A stretch of 20,658 nt of DNA from Candidatus Thorarchaeota archaeon. GTDB lineage: Archaea > Asgardarchaeota > Thorarchaeia > Thorarchaeales > Thorarchaeaceae. The notes under the pieces were generated by a model. That model made no database searches and was not told the origin of the DNA. It worked only from the letters and a program-made list of their open reading frames with translations. Every line of letters starts with the position of its first letter. Position 1 is the first letter of the stretch. The position numbers and the translations under genes are program-made. Of the stretch, positions 1 to 6,972 are shown one piece after another. The DNA lies in the NCBI GenBank assembly GCA_048882385.1, contig JBHLRQ010000054.1, forward strand, positions 1 through 20,658. Reading direction: 5' to 3'.

Positions 1-60
1 CTGAAGACTGAATCTCTTCTGCAATTCAGGTCTATATTCCTACCTCTCTTGGCAGTAACT

Positions 61-177
61 CTATCCTCTCTTTAAGACAATGAACGCAAACATTACTACG
101 AATGCAGCTCCACCGTCGATTGCCAACAACTCAAGAGGCAATGCTTTTGGAAGAAAAAGAGAATCAAAAAACCTCAT
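61..177 (-). CDS. Small hydrophobic ORF (38 aa), possible single-pass membrane peptide or relic of a C-terminal membrane anchor
   Basis: Hand-translated as MRFFDSLFLPKALPLELLAIDGGAAFVVMFAFIVLKRG*, ATG at 177-175 and TAG at 63-61. Hydrophobic stretch followed by a basic KR tail. Below the ORF-track length cut-off. Confidence 0.3.
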   Translation of the reverse strand: MRFFDSLFLPKALPLELLAIDGGAAFVVMFAFIVLKRG

Positions 178-206
178 ACTTGGAAGCCATTAAGGAATAC
201 TGATAT

Positions 207-240
207 GAGTTAAATTCTCTTTGCCGCACAATCCTTGGAG
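207..240 (+). promoter_or_regulatory. Putative archaeal TATA-like box (GTTAAATT, 209-216) and SD (GGAG, 237-240) for the rSAM gene
   Basis: AT-rich box about 33 nt before the ATG at 249, and GGAG 8 nt before it. Confidence 0.35.
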
Positions 241-248
241 ACAGCAGA

Positions 249-1556
249 ATGAAGAGTCTCTGTCCGATATGTGGACGTCTTGTTGAAAATTCCGAAACAG
301 TGGAGGGTGAGAATGTCTATCTTGACAAGACCTGTCCTGAACATGGTCCTACTCGAACCCTCGCATCATCAGATGCGGAATACTGGAAGGAGGCTCTCAA
401 ATACAACAGACCAGGAACATCTCCTTTGGTCTGGTCATCTCAGATAGACAAAGGGTGTCCTGATGACTGCGGCATCTGTTCTGCACACAAACAACACACC
501 TGTGTTGGAGTGATGGAGATAACTGGACAATGCAATCTGAACTGCAACATCTGTTTCGCTGATGCTCCATCTGGTAGTCATGTTCCATTTGATCAGATTT
601 CTCGCATGATTGATGCCTATGTGTCATATGAAGTAGAACCAGAACTCCTGCAATTGAGTGGAGGCGAACCAACTCTTCATCCAGACATTCTTGAGATTGT
701 TGGCTATGCAAAGACCCTTGGTATCCAAGATGTCGCTGTTTCAACAAACGGTCTGAGGCTGCTTGAAGAAGATTTTGCAGTAGAACTGGCAAAGACAGAC
801 CCAGTGATCTATCTCCAATTCGACACCTTTGATTCAAAAGTATCACAATTCATTCGAGGAAGAGACCTCGTCAATGAGAAGAAACGTGTTGTTGAGGTAT
901 GTAACGAACTGGGAATGACCACAGTTCTTGTTCCTACACTGATCAAGGGTATCAATGACCATGAGATTGGAAAATTGGTTCACTATGCTTTGGCTCAGAA
1001 GAAGGTCTTTGGTGTCAACTTCCAACCGGTTGCACTGACTGGAAGGATAGGAGTTCCTGAAATCTCAGCGATCTCGCTTCCCAAAGTTCTGAATGCAATC
1101 GAAATTCAGACAAACGGAATATTGGAGAAGAGTGACTTTCGCCCAATACCTTGTCCACATCCTCATTGCACTGCAATATCGTATGTATTGGTTGATGACC
1201 ATAAGGTGACACCACTAACTGACATCGTAAATGTTGACGAGTATATAGACTATGCACGAGACCGTACTCTAGTGAAAGAAGCTGTGCTGATGGATGAGGC
1301 GTTCAAGAGCCTATTCTCTACACGAGCTGTCCCAGGAACCGAGAGTAATCTGGAAGCATTCTGTGATGCATGTGGAATGACTATTCCTGAGGTCATAGGG
1401 AAATCTGTGAAGATAGTATCAGTTCATGCATTTATGGATCGTCAGACTTACCAGCTTGAGCGAGCCCAGAAGTGTTGTATCCATATCATTCAGCCTGATG
1501 GGAAGATGATTCCATTCTGTAACTATAACATGTTTCGAAGACATCAGGAGGGCTGA
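249..1556 (+). CDS. Radical SAM protein, tetraether lipid synthase (Tes/GDGT-MAS, MJ0619/COG1964)-like
   Basis: N-terminal rubredoxin-like SLCPIC...KTCPEHG, auxiliary cluster motif GCPDDCGICSAH, rSAM CNLNCNIC, SGGEPT, internal PCPHPHC, and C-terminal KCCIH...PDGKMIPFCNYN. This full motif set is characteristic of the family. Confidence 0.85.
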   Translation: MKSLCPICGRLVENSETVEGENVYLDKTCPEHGPTRTLASSDAEYWKEALKYNRPGTSPLVWSSQIDKGCPDDCGICSAHKQHTCVGVMEITGQCNLNCNICFADAPSGSHVPFDQISRMIDAYVSYEVEPELLQLSGGEPTLHPDILEIVGYAKTLGIQDVAVSTNGLRLLEEDFAVELAKTDPVIYLQFDTFDSKVSQFIRGRDLVNEKKRVVEVCNELGMTTVLVPTLIKGINDHEIGKLVHYALAQKKVFGVNFQPVALTGRIGVPEISAISLPKVLNAIEIQTNGILEKSDFRPIPCPHPHCTAISYVLVDDHKVTPLTDIVNVDEYIDYARDRTLVKEAVLMDEAFKSLFSTRAVPGTESNLEAFCDACGMTIPEVIGKSVKIVSVHAFMDRQTYQLERAQKCCIHIIQPDGKMIPFCNYNMFRRHQEG

Positions 1557-1560
1557 GTCC

Positions 1561-2358
1561 ATGAAGGTCGATGACTCTGTAGAGAAGGAACTTGGTATCT
1601 GCTGTGGAGATTTCTATAACCATCCAATCGTATCACAGTTACTCGATGGCATTTTTCATCCCGGAGGTCTTGCTCTGAGTAAGCTGATGGTTGACAGAAT
1701 GGGTGTTAACAGTCATTCCAGGGTTCTAGATATAGCCTGTGGTGATGGAAAGACTGCAACCTATCTTGCACGAAGCCTGGGTTGTAGAGTTTCTGGAATC
1801 GATGCTAGTCAGAAGATGATTGACTCAGCCAAAGAGCTTGCTGAGGATCTGAGAGTGAAAGATCTTACAGAATTCGAAGTGGCTCTCGCAGGAAAGATTC
1901 CTTATGGTGATGGAGAGTTTACTTCGGCAATCAGCGAGTGCTCTCTCTGCACCTTCTATGATAAAGACCAAGCTATGATCGAGATTGCGAGAGTTCTGAA
2001 GCCTGAAGGTATCTTTGGATTGAACGATGTGACAGTCCAAATCCATGAAGAGCTTGATGATGAACTGAGGAGTCTGCTTGGAAGAGTGGCATGTGTTGCC
2101 GATTCACTTTCTACAGAAGAATATGTGAACCTTTTCGAGAACAATGGTTTCAATCTGCTCGAATCATCAAACCATTCAGACCTTCTTGAGGACCTAGCGA
2201 GGAAAGCAAAGAGTCGTGCTCGTTTCTTCAGAGATGTTGCAAGAGACGATGAAACCATTGAAAAGATGAACGAGGCTGTGCGAATCATAGGTTTGATCGA
2301 GAACCAGATTACATCAGGAAACATTGGTTATGAGATGTTCATCTTCCAACAATCATGA
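1561..2358 (+). CDS. Class I SAM-dependent methyltransferase with ArsM-like cysteine pattern
   Basis: HPGG motif, motif I VLDIACGDG, ISECSLC, RVLKPEG and ACVADSLSTEEY...NGF. N-terminal CC. Starts 4 nt after the rSAM stop, so likely co-transcribed. Confidence 0.85.
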   Translation: MKVDDSVEKELGICCGDFYNHPIVSQLLDGIFHPGGLALSKLMVDRMGVNSHSRVLDIACGDGKTATYLARSLGCRVSGIDASQKMIDSAKELAEDLRVKDLTEFEVALAGKIPYGDGEFTSAISECSLCTFYDKDQAMIEIARVLKPEGIFGLNDVTVQIHEELDDELRSLLGRVACVADSLSTEEYVNLFENNGFNLLESSNHSDLLEDLARKAKSRARFFRDVARDDETIEKMNEAVRIIGLIENQITSGNIGYEMFIFQQS

Positions 2359-3015
2359 TTTTCTTGGCCTGTACAGGTCTTCGTAGAACATTCCTGAATA
2401 CATGAGTCTACGATAGACTGGTCTGAACATTTTAGATGCAATGTCACTTATTGGTACCGAATATGTTTGAGAGTTTCCACCAAGTCTTGTTGAGAGAAAG
2501 ATAGCAATTGGGTTGTAGATTCGAAGGAGACCCCTGAACTTTTGACAGTCCAAGAGCATGATGTAGCCGTCCTCACAGACTGTTTTTTCTATCTCCCTTA
2601 AAACAAGAGGGGAGTTGGGAATGATTGATAACGAATAGGTAGACATGACCAGGTCAAAACAACCTGTCACAAACTTAGACATCTCTCTGGCATCTACAAG
2701 TTTGAGATCGACATTCTCCCAACTCTGTTCACGGACTCTTCTAACAGCCTGTCTCAGCATGGCTGGGGTGTAGTCTATTCCTACTATCTCCTGATAATCC
2801 GGATACTTTTCAACAAGGAGAGGAAGGTTTGCTCCAGTCCCGGTGCTCACATCAAGTATTCTTGGTCGTTTCAGCTCTGGAAGTCTGTTTATTGCCTCTC
2901 TTCTCCATTTTCCAAGATTGACACCAAGAGCTCGATAGAACTTGATGAGCATCTGATACTGAAGAGCTGATGAACTGTAGATGTGACGAACTCTGTCTCC
3001 AGTCACATCCGTCAT
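2353..3015 (-). CDS. Class I SAM-dependent methyltransferase (UbiE/PmtA-like)
   Basis: ILDVSTGTGANL motif I, GIDYTPAML, VDA, FDLVMSTYSLSIIP. Confidence 0.85.
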   Translation of the reverse strand: MTDVTGDRVRHIYSSSALQYQMLIKFYRALGVNLGKWRREAINRLPELKRPRILDVSTGTGANLPLLVEKYPDYQEIVGIDYTPAMLRQAVRRVREQSWENVDLKLVDAREMSKFVTGCFDLVMSTYSLSIIPNSPLVLREIEKTVCEDGYIMLLDCQKFRGLLRIYNPIAIFLSTRLGGNSQTYSVPISDIASKMFRPVYRRLMYSGMFYEDLYRPRKS

Positions 3016-3027
3016 GTCACAATTACC

Positions 3028-3741
3028 TCAGATTGCATATTTGTAACACTGAATAACTCCAAACAGATGAAGCAGTCGAAAAGCGTTCTCTATGCGAATC
3101 TCATCTTTTGTATGGATTTCGGAATCCTGCAAAATCTCCGATGGTCGTCGCTTCTCTTCTAACAAATCGCAGATTCTAACTATATCTTCCATTGGCAGAT
3201 CGATGGTTTTGAGTAGAGGTGATGGTAGAAGATAGTTCCTGAACAGTGCTAATCCATTCCATCGCTCGTTGTCATGTTCAGAGAGTTGAAATGTGTGATC
3301 ATCATCCCAGAAGAAGACATCGTCTTGCTCTGCGAAGATTGTTCGAGCATGACGAGAGATTATGGTATCAATCTGAGACGTTTTCTCTGCTGTACGTATC
3401 TCAAAGTCATCCGTGAAACCAAGGCTTTCAATCTCCATCCCTATATGCTCGAGCTCTGGTTTTGCTTTTTCTATGAATGTACTGATACCTTGGTCAGTCA
3501 ACAGAACCACCAGACTGTTCTCAGTTCTGGAATAGACCAGCTCGTACGCTCTGAATCTTATAGTGTCTAGAGCGACATCTCCTTCCAGACCAAGACTGAC
3601 TCCGACATTCTCTATTGCTGATAATAGACCACCAAATAGTGCATCATCAATCTGGATATGTCCAGTTCCAACATGAGTGATTGGTATCCCACTCTTGTGA
3701 ATGATGAAGAGTTCTCTGACTGCCTGTTTAACCACTTGCAC
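3028..3741 (-). CDS. Hypothetical protein with N-terminal longin/roadblock-like domain and probable C-terminal winged helix
   Basis: ELFIIHKSGIPI...DDALFGGLLSAIE pattern typical of Asgard longin/roadblock-like domains. C-terminal helix-helix-'LHLFGVIQ' wing. GTG start with GGAGG upstream, overlapping the preceding gene. Confidence 0.7.
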   Translation of the reverse strand: MQVVKQAVRELFIIHKSGIPITHVGTGHIQIDDALFGGLLSAIENVGVSLGLEGDVALDTIRFRAYELVYSRTENSLVVLLTDQGISTFIEKAKPELEHIGMEIESLGFTDDFEIRTAEKTSQIDTIISRHARTIFAEQDDVFFWDDDHTFQLSEHDNERWNGLALFRNYLLPSPLLKTIDLPMEDIVRICDLLEEKRRPSEILQDSEIHTKDEIRIENAFRLLHLFGVIQCYKYAI

Positions 3742-4744
3742 TACCCTCCTTACCAGCGATTATCCAGTTATCACCAATTGTCTGCACAGTTAGGGCATGC
3801 TTCTGGAATGTTTCAGTGATGAAATCCCTGTTTAGGGGTTGTGGGTACCCATCTATCGTTTGCATCAGGACATAGGCAGGTGTACTTACAGTCTGTCCTG
3901 GAGACAAAGTTGGGTCGTTAGTAACGACTCGACCTCCAGGTTTTAGGTAGTCCGATATCGTCTTGACTCTCTCATCCACTGTTTCGTGGTAGAAGGAGAA
4001 AATCTCCTCTCCGTAAAAGAGATCTAGACCTGTACTCAAATCCCGTCCTAGTAGGTCCGGAACGAGTTTGAAGAAGATGTCATCCCAAGACAGAAGCTGA
4101 AGAATTGTTTTCAGAGGTGTAAACCATCTCAAGTCTTGAAGGAAGATATGTATCCTCTCTGGATTGAAGATTTCATCAATTTGTTTGAGGGTAAAGGGCA
4201 GACCAACATCTGCGAACGCGGACACTCCAATCTCTTTAGTATTCTTTGGAGAGAAAGACCGAAGAAGAACTCCTCTACCTTTTTCAGTCAATGTGCTGCT
4301 GAAAACTGTTTCCAGCACTACTCTTGGTACATCGTTCAAAGAAACCTTTTTTCCAATGAGTGCTTCTGGGAGATACTTAGAACAGTCATAGTAGAAATTG
4401 GTCATTGCGGATCCTACATCTTCTGGACGAATGGATGTGGTTTTCACTTCACGAATTTGGTATTTGCCATCTACAAATGAAACTATATTTTCTCCGACAA
4501 GGACACTTAGGATATCACTGAGAAGACGCATGTCTGTGTATCCGTTCTCTCGCGCGAGCTCTTCCATAGTCTTCGGATTTGAGAGTGTGATTATCCAACC
4601 CTCAGCTAGTATAGTGTTCACTATTAACCGTAATGCGGTTTCCTCTGACTCCTTGTATTCTGCATAGGCTTTCCTCAGATCACCGTCTGTAAGGTATTTG
4701 CCAACACGCTTGAGTCCAAATATGGTCCCACTAAACCGTTCCAT
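3728..4744 (-). CDS. Winged-HTH plus methyltransferase-fold protein with degenerate SAM-binding motif
   Basis: PKTMEELARENG...LSVLVGENIVSFVDGKY wHTH and C-terminal DLFY...YLKPGGRVVTND. Start moved from 4780 to the ATG at 4744, which overlaps the DUF547 stop (TGATG) and follows AGGAGG. Confidence 0.7.
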   Translation of the reverse strand: MERFSGTIFGLKRVGKYLTDGDLRKAYAEYKESEETALRLIVNTILAEGWIITLSNPKTMEELARENGYTDMRLLSDILSVLVGENIVSFVDGKYQIREVKTTSIRPEDVGSAMTNFYYDCSKYLPEALIGKKVSLNDVPRVVLETVFSSTLTEKGRGVLLRSFSPKNTKEIGVSAFADVGLPFTLKQIDEIFNPERIHIFLQDLRWFTPLKTILQLLSWDDIFFKLVPDLLGRDLSTGLDLFYGEEIFSFYHETVDERVKTISDYLKPGGRVVTNDPTLSPGQTVSTPAYVLMQTIDGYPQPLNRDFITETFQKHALTVQTIGDNWIIAGKEGSASG

Positions 4745-5481
4745 CAATTCTCCTCCTGCGCACTGACATTGAGTGCCCAATCGTATCCAATGTATTTTAG
4801 TTTGACCTTGCCATTTTGCTCATCGATATACTTCCTAATATCACTCGGTGCGTACTCTTGGATAAACTCTGTTACACTCTTGCCAGTTACTTCAAAGTCC
4901 TTCTTGTACCACTTGAAGATCATACTGGCATAGAGCACACCCTCATTCTTGTCCAGTTGAAGACCCTCTTTGCTTCTGAGGTATAATTTCGTAGCTGCTT
5001 CTAATTCAGCATCAAGATTCTCAGCGCTGTAGAATCCGTCCTTCAGAAGGGGACATCCCAATGAGGAGCAGTTTAAAGCAAAGTGGACCCTTGGGTCTTC
5101 AAAGTCTTTTCTAATATTGTCCTCGATTGTCCTCAGTGTATATTCTGTTCCTCCTACATTGAATTTTTGGAGAGCAAAAAATCTCACACGACTGAACCAG
5201 CTCTTGTTACCCTTGTTGGCGAAATCTGGATCCTTTTGCAGCTTTTTGACGACTCCGTAGATTGACAAAGCATTGTAGCTGTTTATCCAGAAAGCCATCT
5301 TTTCCTCTCTAGTCTTCAAACCATTGAGGTCAAAATCTGCTAGCGTTTCAGCATAGTCAACCATCGATTTGTCTGCCATCAGAGCGAAGTAGTTTACTTT
5401 GCCCTGAGGGTCTCGATATCTTTCGATGATGCTGTTCAGATTTTGGTTAAGACTTGTGAGTTCTGTGGTGGCATCAGACAT
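4744..5481 (-). CDS. DUF547 domain-containing protein
   Basis: G-VNY, EKMAFWINSYNA, DPRVHFALNCSSLGCPLL, SMIFKWYKKDF and YDWALN, the DUF547 signature motifs. Confidence 0.9.
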   Translation of the reverse strand: MSDATTELTSLNQNLNSIIERYRDPQGKVNYFALMADKSMVDYAETLADFDLNGLKTREEKMAFWINSYNALSIYGVVKKLQKDPDFANKGNKSWFSRVRFFALQKFNVGGTEYTLRTIEDNIRKDFEDPRVHFALNCSSLGCPLLKDGFYSAENLDAELEAATKLYLRSKEGLQLDKNEGVLYASMIFKWYKKDFEVTGKSVTEFIQEYAPSDIRKYIDEQNGKVKLKYIGYDWALNVSAQEEN

Positions 5482-5555
5482 GTTTTCACATCCAGTCTTC
5501 CGTTTGAAGGAATGATTACACTATGATTTCCGGGTTTGAAAGTATTGATACTCAA

Positions 5556-5936
5556 TCATGTTCCAAGCTTGGACCAATCAATAATGATCACCAGAAATGT
5601 GAGTCCACCTAGCACGACCTTTAGCGTATTGAGAAAGTTGCCCAGATCAGCAGCAACTCCCATTGTTGATGGGAAGAATGGTAGTATTCCCATGAACAAT
5701 AGGATAAGACCTACTGTCAGTAACCAGAGCTTACCATTGAGCATCTCCATATCTGTTTCTCGAAATGCTACTATGAGTGTGATTAGTGCAACAATGATCT
5801 TTATGATGCTCAGAACAGTTCCTCCATCAAAGAACAGTATTGCTGCAGTTTCGGGTACAAGCGATAGTGCACCCACAATGATCAAGCTTATCCCATTGAT
5901 CCACATCCATGCTTTAGTACCTAGAATGTTCATCAT
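5556..5936 (-). CDS. Small integral membrane protein (4 TM) made of two internal repeats
   Basis: Four hydrophobic segments, GAGGAG SD before the ATG, and two alignable halves of about 62 aa. Confidence 0.75.
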   Translation of the reverse strand: MMNILGTKAWMWINGISLIIVGALSLVPETAAILFFDGGTVLSIIKIIVALITLIVAFRETDMEMLNGKLWLLTVGLILLFMGILPFFPSTMGVAADLGNFLNTLKVVLGGLTFLVIIIDWSKLGT

Positions 5937-5967
5937 GAACTCCTCTGACTTTACAATAGTTAAGTTT

Positions 5968-6002
5968 CACTTAAGTGTTTGGTTGTCATCGACAATCTTG
6001 TC
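5968..6002. promoter_or_regulatory. Inverted-repeat cluster in the promoter region of the 5936-2353 block
   Basis: CACTTAAGTG palindrome (5968-5977) and TTGTC-atc-GACAA-tc-TTGTC (5983-6002) in the intergenic gap. Confidence 0.35.
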
Positions 6003-6039
6003 ACTATCAATATCCGTGATGGAGAAACTACTATCCCAC

Positions 6040-6906
6040 TCATACTGCTGCTCGCAAGAATCTAAAGAAGAGTCTGACCCTACTTGGACGAACCAGAAGG
6101 GCTGGTACTTCCTTTCTATACTCAGCATACCCATCACCAAATCGCTCAATCAGTTCTTTCTCTTCTCTCACAATCTGCAACCTGAAGACCAAGAAGATTA
6201 TCACAAATAATAGGATGGAGTATACTGAGAACCTGAAGAAGAGACCTGCAGCACCTAGCATCACGCCACCAAGATAGGTTGGGTGTCGAATCACGGAGTA
6301 GATTTCATTGTTCTGGACCTCAGATTCCTCAGGGAAATAGAGATACACAACAGCCATGTAATCTAAGCCAAATGTAAGAATCGCGCTTCGTACAGTGGCT
6401 GCTCCCAAAATTATGAAAACAGCTGATATGATAATTCTCAACCATACATCGACTTGAGGGTCAACTCCAATCATCGCCAAAAGTGATCTTGACCATTGGA
6501 TTGTAAGTTCATTTACAGGGGGTCCTGGAGGAAGTGAACGAATTGATGTGAATGCATGAAATACAAGCGGTGGAATCAGGAAAACACCAATCAATCCCCT
6601 GGGAATCATTTTTTGATAAGCACGGTCCCCTAAACTTGCTTTCATCTCTTCTCTCTTGCTCCAGACCTGACCTATAAGCCCAAATCCCAGTGCAGCTATT
6701 AAGATGCTACCAACAAGCGGTAGAAAGGGTTCAATCATTACCAATATCGAACTATCACTAAATACTCTGGGAATGATATCCAGAACGATAATGAAGGCAA
6801 ATGCCAGAACTGATGCCAAAGCACACAGCAGAGGTAGTACAACAAGTCTCTTCCCGGGATATGCTGGAAGTTTCTCGCGAAGTTTGTCCATTCCTTTCAA
6901 ATGCAT
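6040..6906 (-). CDS. Isoprenylcysteine carboxyl methyltransferase / phospholipid methyltransferase (ICMT/PEMT) family membrane protein
   Basis: IYSVIRHPTYLG and EEKELIERFGDGYAEYRKEVP motifs with multiple TM helices. Start uncertain (TTG 6933, ATG 6906 or ATG 6891). Confidence 0.85.
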   Translation of the reverse strand: MHLKGMDKLREKLPAYPGKRLVVLPLLCALASVLAFAFIIVLDIIPRVFSDSSILVMIEPFLPLVGSILIAALGFGLIGQVWSKREEMKASLGDRAYQKMIPRGLIGVFLIPPLVFHAFTSIRSLPPGPPVNELTIQWSRSLLAMIGVDPQVDVWLRIIISAVFIILGAATVRSAILTFGLDYMAVVYLYFPEESEVQNNEIYSVIRHPTYLGGVMLGAAGLFFRFSVYSILLFVIIFLVFRLQIVREEKELIERFGDGYAEYRKEVPALLVRPSRVRLFFRFLRAAV

Positions 6907-6972
6907 CTTATCCGCCTTTTGTAGGTGAATCAAACGCTCTTATCAACGTCACGTACAACAAGATAGGATGAA

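Noticed and set aside
249-1556. Assigning the symbol tes outright
   Set aside because: Family motifs are clear, but the shorter length and methyltransferase partner suggest a paralogue. Orthology needs a tree.
397-2324. Several short - strand ORFs inside the rSAM and methyltransferase genes
   Set aside because: Fully antisense to well-supported genes, with no recognisable motifs.
5495-5555. Short repeats (GTTTGAA x2, ATGATT x2) and small palindrome AGTATTGATACT
   Set aside because: Too short to distinguish from chance in an AT-rich spacer, and not a CRISPR-like periodic array.
5536-6210. 224-aa + strand ORF
   Set aside because: Antisense shadow of two membrane-protein genes. Ser/Ile/Met/Pro-rich composition typical of the reverse of hydrophobic codons, with no motifs.
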